The notes under the pieces are model-generated. The model searched no databases and had not been told where the DNA came from. It saw only the letters and a list, made by a program, of their open reading frames with translations. A program made the position numbers and the translations under genes. A stretch of 63,258 nt of DNA, counting the filler, from Sphacelaria rigidula (lineage: Eukaryota): NCBI GenBank assembly GCA_964200075.2. It is 11 parts of 11 records of this genome, joined end to end, with 100 filler letters (N's around TTAATTAATTAA, not from the genome) between each part and the next. Parts side by side here need not be neighbours in the genome. Positions count along the whole stretch, not along the records: positions 11,522 to 17,181 come from CAXNAA020025472.1; positions 17,282 to 22,941 come from CAXNAA020025473.1; positions 23,042 to 28,701 come from CAXNAA020025474.1; 8 more parts are not named here. One strand, given 5' to 3'. Positions 12,947 to 24,713 of this stretch are shown here, in pieces (the first letter of the stretch is position 1; every line of letters begins with the position of its first letter).

Positions 12947-13834
12947 CTAAAGCAGGGAGCATTTCCGGAGAGGTGGAACGACAAGACACGAAAAAAACGC
13001 CATTGTTTCAAATATAGATTTACACAAACAATAATTTTGGCTTCACTTCTGTAGTCTCCTCCCTGTTCTGATTCGTTCTCAACTGTTTTCTATATATGTG
13101 TGTTCTTTCCCGCCAATGTAGGCCAGAGCAATGTGGTACCTCGCTTCATTGTATTTCTTCGTAGATGAGAAGGACCATACCCTAAATAGAGCGCTTGTAG
13201 TGAATGAACTGCAACCTTTTTCTTCCCACGGTATTTTGTTTGGTCCGACTGGGTATGAGTATGGTTCTACGCAAGACCTTGCACGCTGAAGCCGTGTGGC
13301 AGGGAACGGCCATTTTCTTTCTGTGCCTTCGTTTCCTTTTATTTCTTCTTCTGTTATTTTCTTTGTTTCTGTACTTCCTAGTCTACTATGTCGTTCCGTT
13401 CAACTTTTCCCCCCGTGTTTCCTCTTCTTCTTCAGCGAGTGAGTCAGTTTCGCTGTGTCTTCGGGTCAGCTAAAGTGCAACATTTATATCAAAATAAAGG
13501 ATCACTCATGTGCGACAATCATCACATCCAGTTAATCAATACAGACGCGCCTCGGTGGTCTAATCGTACAACTTACACCAATATTTGATCCGGGAAAATG
13601 CAGATTCTATTCCCGGTACACGCGTCTGGTATACCAGGTACAGTTTTTCCTAAAACAATCTGTATATGATTATCGTTTAAAAATCGCTAAAAAAACTACC
13701 CCACCGCCGTTCGGTGGCGGAGACTATCTATGATGTCCGTCTGATTGATAGACCGACCGTCATCTTCATTTTTACTCGATACTATCGTCTGTAGAAGAGG
13801 ACGTTGACAGGAACAACACGCCGTACAAATATAC

Positions 13835-14040
13835 CTTGCCGATGAGGCAGCCCGCAGTAATCCCTGGCACTAGCACCTTCAGCCCGAACTTGGGCTGAGG
13901 TTCCCGTTCAAGGTCTCGTTCGTTGTCATCACCCTGAAGCACACCAAGCAGATCGGACGGCGACGGCGGGTGGTGGTGGTGATGAGAAGTTATCCCACCA
14001 TAGGAGAGGGACAGGAGCGCGCGGTTCCCTTCATGTGCGA
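13835..14040 (-). CDS. KH-domain RNA-binding protein, upstream exon (5' boundary uncertain)
   Basis: ...EPQPKFGLKVLVPGITAGCLIGK|GTATAT; splicing to 12946 rebuilds the KH signature IGKGG. Confidence 0.8.
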
Positions 14041-14139
14041 CATACTTTTGTCAACCTCTTCCTTTACTAGGGACGACACTTTCTACGATAGCCCCCACCT
14101 CCCCAGAACAAAGTGCGGTGAGACGGTGTGGTGAAACAC

Positions 14140-16990
14140 CCATGAGACGGCGTTTTAGCCGTGGCTGTCTCTGGAAGTGGCGATAACAGATAATCAAGCA
14201 ACTCATTGGCGACTGTCATCCAAATGCAAAATAATCAGTAGGCTTCGGGCCGAACAATCTTGGCAGGATGCAGCTAGGTCAGATATAGGGACTTTGTTCC
14301 TTCTAGCTCTACCCTTCTTTTGGCCACAGCCAGGTCAGGTATAGGGGAGATGAATGTGACGACCTACAACGCCCGTACACTGTGCCTCACGGGAAAGAGC
14401 GGGGCTGGCCAACCGAGTTCGTTGCCTCTCGGTGCCGTGTGTTCTGCTGCGAAGCCGAAGGTAGCGCGGTAAGGGCTGGACAATATGGGGGTCGCATTAG
14501 CAGTCACTGACTCGATCATCAATTAGGCAACATGGAATCAGGGGACTCAGCAGCGAACGCCGAATGTCGATGACTTCCAAACTCGCAGGCTAATCGAATG
14601 CCTTCACGCTTGTAGTTGTGTGAGCCCCAACAGACATATCAAGATCAAGAGAAGGTGGAGATAGTTTTCTCGAATGAGTTGGACACCTCTTTGAACCGAT
14701 TCCCTTCCCTAACCACCATCACCTCTGTTATTGTGATGGATGCCAACGTTAGGACTGGGGTATTCACAGAAGAGGAGGACTGTGAAGTAGTGGGTGCATA
14801 CGGCCGGGACTCCCGAGCCGGTGACAGCAACGGCACCCCTTCGCCACAAATTACGGGTAACAAAGGACTTGCTCTGCTCAACATGTTTTTTTCCACCCCG
14901 AAAGAAGGCACATCGCGTGCGTTCCGAGGGGTTGCGGTCGTCCCGCTGACAAGAAACACATAGACCTCATATTCACACGGCAAGATCGCCGAAGGCTTGT
15001 TTGCAATGTCACCATCCACCTTCAACCACCCAACTCGCCGAACTCTGACCCCAACACCGTGTGCACCTCAGTGCGGCTCCTTGGTCGCGTCGCACGCAAC
15101 AAATCCTGGCGAACTCCGACTGAGAGCAAACCGATCGACAGGCGGGCGATAACATCCGACGCCCATTGGCGTGAGCGACTCCCCCAGCTCAATATCAGCA
15201 AGCTCAAGCAGAATACAACTGGCGATACGGTCAGTACATTGGCTGTGAAATTGGCCGACATACTTCTGAGCTCTGCTGCGAAGGTGGTACCCCGTACCCC
15301 GAAAGCCACGTATATAATGTGCGGAAATAGTACAAAATGATATAATAACAATAGGGATGGTGAGTATAGTTAAAGTAATAATAGTCGGGGTGGTTCGAAG
15401 ATGCTGCGATCCGAATGCACTTCGAAGAGGCCTGGAATGAGAGGGAATAGACGAAGTGGGCAGCGCGAATGGAACCGACAGATAACCCCTCATGGCGCAC
15501 CTCGCGAGCAGCGTTCAGGAAACTTAAAGAGATTATTCCCACTGGGGTGGACAGGTATCTGGAGGTGTGTGCGAAAGAACTGGAGGAGAAGAAATCGAAT
15601 TGAGGACATGATAGTATAGTGCAGACACATAGAAGAAGGGTGGAATCTGGCGGAAAATAACGTAGAGAGCAGGCAGTTTGTCAAGGACGAGGACGGGAAC
15701 ATAGTGCGGGACACGGGTCCGATTTGCGAGAGACGGGTACGATACTTCTCCACCTTGCTGGATGCCATATCCTCAATTATCGGCCGAGCCATCATCGAGA
15801 ACAATGCGCAACGACCGATAGCAACGTCACTTGGAGACTCGCCAAGCCGAACTGCCAAGCTCAAATGTAACTGAGGATGCCCTGAGAGCTATGACGAACG
15901 GCGAAGCGATGGGTACGGATTGTCCACCTGCTGAACTCCTCAATCTTGGGCTGGTCGGGGAGCCTTGGGAGATTCCGTACCACTTTCACAGCATCATCAC
16001 TTCGGTCTGGACATCTGGCGAGGTGTCGCAAGAGTGGGGAGATACCACTATCAAAGTGCTACACAAGAACGATCGGACCGAGTGTGGCAATTACAGGGGC
16101 ATCTCCCTCACGACAAATGCTGGTGAGGTTCTCCTCAAAATCGTAGCCAACAGGCTCAGTAGCTTCAGCGAGGAGGCAGGGTTTTCCCCTGGAGAACAGT
16201 GCGGATCCCGGCGCCAACGATCTAGCACGGACACGATACTCGTGATACGCCGACTACAAGAGGTAGGACGGGTGAGCAATACCCCACGTAACATGTGCTT
16301 TATCGATCTGCAGAAAGCCTACGATTCTGTAGATCGCACGCTCCTGTGGGAAGTGCCTGCCTGATTCGGATTCCCGCCGCCGATGATCAAGGTTACACGA
16401 ATGATGCACAATGGTTTTCGAGCTCGGATGCAGCTGATTGATGACGATATATAAGCGTGGTTCCACGTCTGCCAAGGACTCAGGCAAGGATACGTTTCGT
16501 ACCCGCTATTGCTCATCTTCGGCGCAGTCTTGGTGAAAGTGATCGTACAGCAGTTCGCAGCAAACCCACCCATCGTCTCGGGTCAGTTAATTTCTTGATG
16601 ATGCTCCAAGGTGACGATGGTGAACCTCTGGAAGCGTCTCCCCATGGAGAAGGTGCAGCGCGCAATATGGACTATGCTATATGCAGATAACGCAGGCATG
16701 GTCTCGAGGGCCACAGACGGGCTTGCTAGAATGATGACAGTGATGGGATCGGACCTGTCAGGAGTTCGAACTGACTGCATCTGACAGCAAGACAGAGTCC
16801 ATGCGTCTGGGGTTATTACCCAGCTTCACAGAGACTGCTCTGCACATCGAGGCGGCAGGCCAACGGTATAAGCAGACGGCCAAGATTTCCTACCTTGGTG
16901 ATGCTGTCAATTCGGATACGAATATTTTCATCAAAGTCAACTGTCGAATCAGCGCTGCGTGCGGACGCCGCCGGAAGTACGACTACCACT
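14140..16990 (+). mobile_element. Near full-length decayed RTE-clade LINE (APE endonuclease + RT), 3' truncated
   Basis: TYNARTL (14350), MDANVRTG, DRTECGNYRGISL, EQCGSR, FIDLQKAYDSVDR, GLRQG, MLYADN, YLG; many stops and frameshifts. Confidence 0.92.
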
Positions 16991-17281
16991 GACATCCATG
17001 AGGCAGTGTAAAAGCCGTGGCTGTCTCTGGAAGTGGCGATAGAAAAGAGAGCAACTCAATGTTGGATGTCATCCAAATGCAAGATGGCGATACAAAAAAA
17101 AGCAACTCAATGTTGAATGTCATCCAAATGCAAGATAATCAGTAGGCCTCGGGCCGAACATTCTCAGCAGGATGCAGCTCANNNNNNNNNNNNNNNNNNN
17201 NNNNNNNNNNNNNNNNNNNNNNNNNTTAATTAATTAANNNNNNNNNNNNNNNNNNNNNNNNNNNNNNNNNNNNNNNNNNNN

Positions 17282-17389
17282 TACACGCCTCTCATGTGGG
17301 CGAAATAGCTGCAAACGAGCACAATAGTGGGATCGCAGCCGGTTCGTTGGATGGTGCCGGTGCACTTTTCGTGGGGGGCTATCTCGGCA
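17282..17389. mobile_element. Right end of the MITE family also inserted in the gypsy pol (24714-24949)
   Basis: Matches 24841-24949, ending gggggctatctcggca. Confidence 0.8.
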
Positions 17390-17604
17390 TTAGTCAGGTG
17401 TGCAATCCAGCGCTGCAGCAAGCAGCAAGCAGCAAGCAGCAAGCAGCAAGCAGCAAGAGCTGCACGTCACGAGTACTATGTGCGAGGGGACACACAGGGC
17501 AGAAGCTTCACAGTAGCTTGAGAACTGACCATTGAGAAAGCCGTAAAGAGCAAGAAGAGATACGTTTGACTATTACTGTACCTGAACCGAACAAAACCAC
17601 GAAG

Positions 17605-17670
17605 GGCGTACTCATTTGTTGCTTGCCTTAGTCGTTTGACCATTGACCACGCATCCCTTTCGAGACGGAG
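17605..17670 (+). repeat. High-copy short repeat (also 34378-34450, 44382-44450, reverse at 11522-11680)
   Basis: gggcgtactcatttgttgcttgccttagtcgtttgaccattgaccacgcatccctt.cgagacgga in four different contigs. Confidence 0.8.
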
Positions 17671-19305
17671 GGAAGAAGTTGGTCACAAAAACTGCACGCG
17701 TGCAGCTCGACAAGCAGGGATGCAAATCGGTGTCAAGAAGGGAAACACAATTGCAAAAGAAGAGACGGCTTAGTCGAACGCCGAATGAAATGAGGTTACG
17801 GTGCTGTCATGGCAAGCACAGGCTCAAAAGACAAGGCAAGGGTCCAGTCCGTAGGCTGAACAGCCAGATGGAATAACAGAAACCGACTCACACAAGACGA
17901 GTTCGGCAAATGGCGAATGCCTCAGAATGATCTCACACGCAGGTTGTATCTTCTTGTTCATTGTCTGGTCTCTACCTTCTAGTATCCAATCAATCAATCC
18001 AATCTCACGCTCAGTCAATCAGTCTCACCGATGTTACACTGCTTTGCCGGAAGCGGGTAGAAGAGAGTAGTGGGACGGTAGGCGCTAGATCTGCCTATTG
18101 TGCGGATCTAGCCGTCGCCATCTTTACCACATACAAGCTCATATTCGTACCCGACCAACTCTGAACAGACCTGCAGTCTTGGATATCTGAATATCCGAAA
18201 TACCGATAGCCAACAGGCTAATATGCCTCTGAAGCGGCATGACAACAGGCTCATATGCATCTTCATGACATAGATCTTGTTGCTTTTGATGTTTTGGTAA
18301 GCACGGGACTACAGGGTTTTCAGGATTCTCATGTACAGCGTAGGAAGATACACATGCTGCCGTCACTTACCACAGCTGAGCTCAGCCCGGGGAAGTAAAC
18401 ATACTGCCGTCGCATCACTACATGCTGCCGGGTTGCTTACAGTGTGTCGAGAACAACGTTATGCAAAATGCTGGTGAACGTACCAGGGTTTGCGAATGCT
18501 GCACAGGAGTTCTCACATAGACTGTGAAGAACCCTGTGCAGCACGCCCTACAGGATGCTATCTGTCCACGTGTAATAGCGTTTGGTATACAAAAGAGTCG
18601 CCCAACGATAGCGAGGGGGTAGTTGACTGCACGGAAAACGAGGCTCAAAGGTGTGGCAGGCGACCTGCCACAATCGTGATGCCCTTGTATTCAAATGAAA
18701 ACGGTGTCAACCTGTATGAATGGGCGTTGTACATCTATAAGAAGGTCGTTCGAACAACCGTTGCTGAGTTGGCTCAGACTTTCGTGCACGAAGAGCTCCA
18801 AAATACCCCCTTCCCCCCCGCCTCCCACGTTATCGTCGCCTGGTCCGGCGAGAACCTGGCGTGCTCCGTCCCGGATTTGTAGGGGCGGAACCCCGATGGC
18901 GTTGGCGTCGGTTGGCGATAACACTAAAAAACACGCCACTAACTGCATAAGCTAGGTAACCAGGCTACCGAGTTTTTTGCGCGCTTGCGTTCTTTTTGCG
19001 AGGGCCATGATGATAGTCGAGCTAAATCATGTTGTGCCGCGTGGGAGAACCTCAACTCCGCACAATGGGTATGATCGTACCACGTAGTGTTTATATGGTA
19101 AGACACTCATGAGGCAGTATAATATGGTATCAATTGGCTAGAGCCCCAGAAGAAACGACCCGGATCTGTTACTCTGTGATTCACCCGACGTGTGGAATAA
19201 TCAAACTTCATCGCCCTGTTTATTCATCACAAGCGGGAGGCGGCTCGGTCTTCTCCTGCCCCTCGAACACTCAGCTTTGTGCCAGTCCTGGTACCGTGAT
19301 GGGCA

Positions 19306-19866
19306 ATGTTCGGCCTTTCAATAACCCAACAAAACCTCGTGCAGCACCTCAAGTCTTGCAAGTCGTGTCAGCAGCATTTTACTTGTACCAATGTTTTCGT
19401 GAGATCGAGAGTAGAACGACGATCAAAAGTGGGTTTCATCATTCGCTTCAACTTGGCCAAGTTTTTATGCCGTGCGCGGTTACTTTTGCCTGTATCACTC
19501 ACGTGTGCTCACAGCCACACGTCAACATTCTACTCGGGCATATCAAGGGCTTCGGTAGCAAGCTACCCAGAAAACATATCGGGCCTTATGGAGGAGCATC
19601 TCGGAATAGAAGCAATTCATTCACTAATGGACCGCTTTTCACTCCTCAACCGTATCCTTTACGTTCCATCTGACGAAAACACTGGTTTTTCGCGATTGCT
19701 GGTTTCTGGGGCGAACACCGATCGACGGAGACGAAGGGCATCGTTCGAACAACTGTTTCAAAGGCACGCCCTAATCGATATACAGTGCGGTATGTGTCGT
19801 ACGTCAAGCTTGTCGCCACCGCACCTAAAACATTGTAGTGAATGCCGGGCCATGTCCAGCACATGA
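19306..19866 (+). CDS. Unidentified Cys-rich coding segment of a multicopy family (diverged homologue at ~48470-48640, minus strand)
   Basis: YSGISRASVASY...GLMEEHLGIEAIHSLMDRFSL vs YSGISKASVASY...GLVEGHFGTEIIHSLIDHFSL, with mostly synonymous differences in the first block; CxxC pairs at both ends. Confidence 0.5.
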   Translation: MFGLSITQQNLVQHLKSCKSCQQHFTCTNVFVRSRVERRSKVGFIIRFNLAKFLCRARLLLPVSLTCAHSHTSTFYSGISRASVASYPENISGLMEEHLGIEAIHSLMDRFSLLNRILYVPSDENTGFSRLLVSGANTDRRRRRASFEQLFQRHALIDIQCGMCRTSSLSPPHLKHCSECRAMSST

Positions 19867-20249
19867 GGCAAATACCTCACCTGTCTCTGACCTCAACCAT
19901 TCGGCCTTCGGTGAGAGCCACGTGTACCTTTGACGGTCACCATACATGCGCATTTTTTTTCTTTATACTTCGTTTCAATTAGGGAACCTATTTCTCACTT
20001 TTCAGGGACCCGTGGGGGTTCGGTCACCTGGGCGGCACCCTTTTGGTTTTTCGATACAGTGGGTGGCCCTTTTTAAGGCATCCCCTTTTTAAGGCACAGG
20101 TCCGTTTAAGGGCACGCTTTTTCGGTTGCCCCATCTCGTGTCCACTTTAAGGCACAGTGTGCCTCCAAAGGGGCCACTGTTGAAAAAATGTACAAATGTC
20201 ATGTTCTAGTAGTCGAAGAAGGTCGGACCCGCGCACTTCGCTGGAAACC

Positions 20250-22581
20250 ATGCCTTGCGCAGCAGGGGAGCAGTGCAAACTGCCAAGTCTTACCCCTAGC
20301 ATGTCAACAGTCGGCACACATTTATGTCGTGGAGGTTGTGGGGGCTACCTTCATGGTTTTCGCGGTGCCCAGGATTCCGCAAGCATATACGACACGCACA
20401 GGATTTGCGACAAATGCTTGAGGGCACAGCACAGTGCCGATGCGGGGATGGACGAGTCGTCGAGCAGTTACGACGGCTCATCGAGCAGCTCATCGGGCAG
20501 CGATGAGATCTTCACAAACACCAAAAAGAAGAAGCAAAAGTAGCAGAAGGCCACCGGCGCCAAAACGCGCAGGCGGCTATCGATGGAGGAGAAGGCGGAG
20601 ATGGTGAAGCTGATGGAGAACGGCATCAACCGCCCAGAGGTAGCCAGGAGATTCAAAGTCGGCCTGCGGACCGTGGCGCGCGTGAAATCCAACGCATCCG
20701 ATATCAAAAAGGCGGCGGAGAAAGGGGTCGGTGGAAAAGCCAACAGTCAGATGAAACCACTGTGCCAGGAGGTGAGATCTTGTTGTAACTGTTGTGGTGC
20801 AGGCAGTCGTCTGTACGTACGAATACCATCCCGTGATGTACTGTACAGACCGTACTGTACAGCACTGTACTAATGTACTGTAATGTACTACTACTGTAGT
20901 GTAATAATGTAGTGTAGTGCCCTCTACAGTGCTGCACAATCTGTACTGTAATGCGTGAGAGGACCGCGTGCTTAGAGGACCGCATTGGAATTTGAACATG
21001 CCCATGGTTAGGGTTAGGGTTAGGGTTAGGGTTAGTGTTAGGGTTATGGTCAGGGACGTAGTACCTGCAGGGACTGGCCTGATTGGTTTTGAAAAACATC
21101 GATCCTGCGGTGTTTTGAACTACGGCGCGGTCCTCTAAGCACGCGGTCCTCTCACGCATTACATGTACTGTGTAGAATATTTTCAACATTCTTTCGTAGA
21201 CGCCCGCACATTTGAGTTGGCGGCCGTCGAATCTTCTACAAAATTCATCCACGAAGTTGTACAGCACCGCCGTAGGCGGCAAATTCATGAATATGTCGCT
21301 GAACCACCGCTTGTGCCCGTCATCTGCCGTTGAGAGTGTTGGATGCAGAGAACAGCATACAATACAGTACTGTACCGTACTGTATTTGCACGCGTGTGTG
21401 TGGGACACTTCACGATACAATCCAGTGCATGTATCGTATGTCTACCTGTACTGTAGTGACTGGGAGTATCATACGGTACAGTGAACAACAGCAAATGAAT
21501 TCGATAGCAAGGGTGGTTCAGGAAACATGGCGTAACGCTCCTCTTTTAACCAAGCCCGCGATCTTTCCCAGTGATTGTATTTCATATTGTCCGCCAAATA
21601 TTATCAGGTGGACAACCGTGTCCTGGCTTTCATGGACGAGGCCCGTCGGAGTGGGATGCCGGTCACACGAGATGTAATCCAGGTGTTCGGGAAGCGGGCT
21701 GCGGGAGATATCATAGCCCCCTCAAACATCTCCGCGGGCCTCAAGAACAAGGTCAAAGGGTCTTCAGCGGGTGAGAAGTGGGTCCGCAACTTTGTCTCCC
21801 GCAACAACCTGAAGAGCAAGGCGCTGCATGGCGAAGCCGCCAGTACGGATGTGAAAGCTCACAGCGCTCGTATGCAGGAAATTCGCGAGCTGTGCATCAA
21901 GTACGACATCAGTAATATCTACAATGTCGACGAAACTGGCCTCTTCTACAAACTACCCCCGAAACGCACGTACCTGTCTACAGTGGAGTCAAGGAAACCG
22001 GCCGGGGTAACAAGGATATGAAGAGCAAGGACCGCATCTCTCTGTACGTGTGTGTCAACGCCGACGGTACGGTCAAGGTACCCATGTCAGTAGTCGGCAA
22101 GGAAAAGAATCCGCGCTGTTTCAAATGCAAGAAGTGCCCCATCAAATACTTCAGTCAAGCTAACGCATGGTCGGATTCAGCCACCTTCGAAAAATAGTTG
22201 TTAGGAGATTTTTCTGCCGTGCATTCGGCGAAAGACAGTAGATCTGGTTCTACTGCTGATGGATGGATGCGCTTCGCATAGTGATCTACTGGATCCGAAA
22301 GGGCAAGTGAGGGTGGAGACTTACCCGCCGAACTCCACCTCCGTGCACCAGCCCGCGGATATGGGTATCATCGCAGCCATGAAGTTACAGTACAGGAGCA
22401 GGCTACTCAACACCCGAGCAAACACCATGTCTATCACCTCAAAGCTTCGTGCCCAGGCGAAGGAGCGGAAGTTGGTGGCTGTAGAGGCCGGGCTTGCCGA
22501 GGGCCATAACGCTCACCTGCTGGATGCGTGCGAGCTTGTGAAATCGGCGTGGGATGTGACAACCGAGACGACGATCGTCAG
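20250..22581 (+). pseudogene. Spliced pogo transposase (exon 20250-20771, intron 20772-21607, exon 21608-22581) with N-terminal Cys/His finger
   Basis: GAG|GTGAGA...TATCAG|GTG phase-0 intron joins HTH1 to HTH2 (VDNRVLAFMDEARRSGMPVT); stop at 20541 and frameshifts near 22010 and 22200. Confidence 0.85.
20947..21163. mobile_element. TGT...ACA MITE (copy 2) nested in the transposase intron, 5-bp TSD TGTAC
   Basis: Near-perfect TIRs, TGTAC on both flanks, internal (TTAGGG)n. Confidence 0.92.
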
Positions 22582-23499
22582 GTTTGTGTTTCGAACATTT
22601 GTCACAGTACAGTATTTTTTCAAGTGTCGGTTAGACAAACATAACCACGTTGTTCGTGATCAGTGACAGTACATACCGTACGGTAGTACGTATTACTTTG
22701 GGTTGCCTTGTGATGTGGAAGGTGGGGCCGTAACATATTTCCTATATACAGTGTTTGACAAGCTTTTGATATGAGTAGCTGTCACAACAACAGCAAAACA
22801 TGCCGTGGTACATGATTACTTCTTGCGCTGACTTTCCGTGTTTCTCTCTGTCCTCCCCCCTCGGGCGCACGTCAACTCCGCACAATGGGAATGATCGTTC
22901 CACGTAGTGTTTAAATGGTGAGGCACCCATGAGGCAGTGTANNNNNNNNNNNNNNNNNNNNNNNNNNNNNNNNNNNNNNNNNNNNTTAATTAATTAANNN
23001 NNNNNNNNNNNNNNNNNNNNNNNNNNNNNNNNNNNNNNNNNAAGCACAACGCAAGTGTGGAAGGATGTCTGACACACTTATGAGCCTCGTTTTTCGGGCA
23101 ACCAAATACTCCCCCCCCTATCGTAGGATGACTCAACTTGTCGCCTAAGTTTCACCAGTGGGCGCTAAGATTGATGGAGTATGATATGGTCCTCAAGTGG
23201 AGAGCTGGACGCGAACACCGGTTGCCGAACGCCCTGTCCCGGCTGCAAGGTAGCCAGCCCAGGGGAAGTGACATTGACGTGTCATTCCCTGATGATGATA
23301 CCGAAGCTGGCCTTGGCGGAGGGGGAGGACCGCAAGGACCCAAACTGGACGGGATGTTACTGAAGGAACTGGAGGCTGAGTATCGACAAAATCCGCAGAC
23401 GTGATGACATTAGCGTTGGAGGAGGTCCGCATTGTATCCACCGGAAACGGGGGACGGGGTTACTATTGACTCAGAGAACCCTGTGACCGGATCGGTTAA

Positions 23500-24400
23500 G
23501 CAACGCCCCCCCGCTTTGATTGTCCATTGTGGAGGCGGGGGAAGCATTCTGGCCACGGAGAAGTTCTTAAAGGTGGTAGTAGCTACCGATGCAGATTGAA
23601 AGGCGTTGGATTGTGTCAGAATGAACCAAATTGGGAAGGGGATCAAGCTTGTACGTACAACTCCAGGGCGCTCTTCTTTCCACAACTTGGTGGAGGAGGT
23701 GCAACCAGAAGTGCTGGTAGGAGATACGAGTAGAGTTGCCTCCGTTGGTAAAATGGCGGGGAAGTCGGAATCCGCAGAGATGGTGTCCGAGAATTGGTCG
23801 AGTGGTTGCTCTCCTCAGTCTCGGCGACAACGCTGATCTTGGAGAGTACAGGTGTAATGGTGCACTCTCCGGGTTGGAAGGAGAGCGTGGCTCCGTTGCT
23901 GAGCGGAGCCGGCTGCTGCATCGAGCAGGCATCCATCTCCGCCGTGCAGGTGGGCGTCCCGTACCGAAAGAGACGGACATATGTGGTCGCTCTGAAGGCT
24001 GGTCGGCAGGGAGAAGAACCACTGCGCGCATGGAGGCAGCGAGTGGAAGCGTATGTTGTAACCTGCCCCCCGTTGGGTCAGCTCTTGGGGCGGACGGGGA
24101 CCTATTTCTTAGAGCCGACGGGGCAAGGCAAGGCTATTCACAGTTTCGAGGATCCGATGCCCAAGTTAACTCGTCCTCGGCTGACGAGAGGGAAAACTCG
24201 ACGCGAGGACTTCACACCCCACAGGGCGGACGCAGGGGTATGGGAGGAAGCAGTAGAGCTGGAAAGAGTCGACTTCGTGAGATTCGCGACCACCCTCGAC
24301 CACTACGAGACCCCACCCACGGTAAACCCCGACGCTATGCCACATATTGTGGCTAGTTTCGTTCATCCGTGGACGATGGGGGCGGTTTTATCAAGCTCAG
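23500..24400 (+). pseudogene. C5 cytosine DNA methyltransferase-like domain within gypsy pol (catalytic motifs divergent)
   Basis: Motifs in canonical order: I ALIVHCGGGGSILA, II VVVATDAD*KALDCVRMN, IV-like PEVLVGDTS, VI-like TLILESTG, VIII SISAVQVGVPYRKRRTYVVA, TRD-like SFEDPMPKLT, IX/X-like ELERVDFVRFAT..DHY..IVASFVHPWTMGAVL. Confidence 0.72.
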
Positions 24401-24713
24401 AAGCGGAAGGTTTGTTGAGCTTGACTCAGATTCGGAATGAGGAGGTAGGTCTGAGTGCGCTAGCGGCGATATGGCCGCATAAAGATGAGTTGCCAGAGAC
24501 TTGGGGAGCCGCCGTAACTCGCTCGTCGGTTCCCGAAGCGGAACATAAGTCGGACCAGGACTCTGGGGGGGGGGGGCTTCAGCTGAGGAGCCAATACCAG
24601 GTAAAGGAAACCCTAGAACCGTTCTCGAACAAGCGAGGGTGATCGTGATGGACAAGCCACAACTCGCTTTATTACAAGAGCGGGACTTCCGTCTTGCACT
24701 CATCAAGGACTGC

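Larger units (their letters stand above)
20057..22620 (+). mobile_element. pogo/Tigger (Tc1-mariner superfamily) DNA transposon, defective, right end missing
   Basis: TA+CAGTGGGTGGCCCTTTTTAAGG left TIR; spliced transposase with CENP-B-type HTHs and DDD motifs NVDETG, LMDGCASH, HQPADMGII. Confidence 0.92.

Noticed and set aside
21005..21050. Chromosome telomere
   Set aside because: TTAGGG tract is internal to a TIR-bounded MITE.
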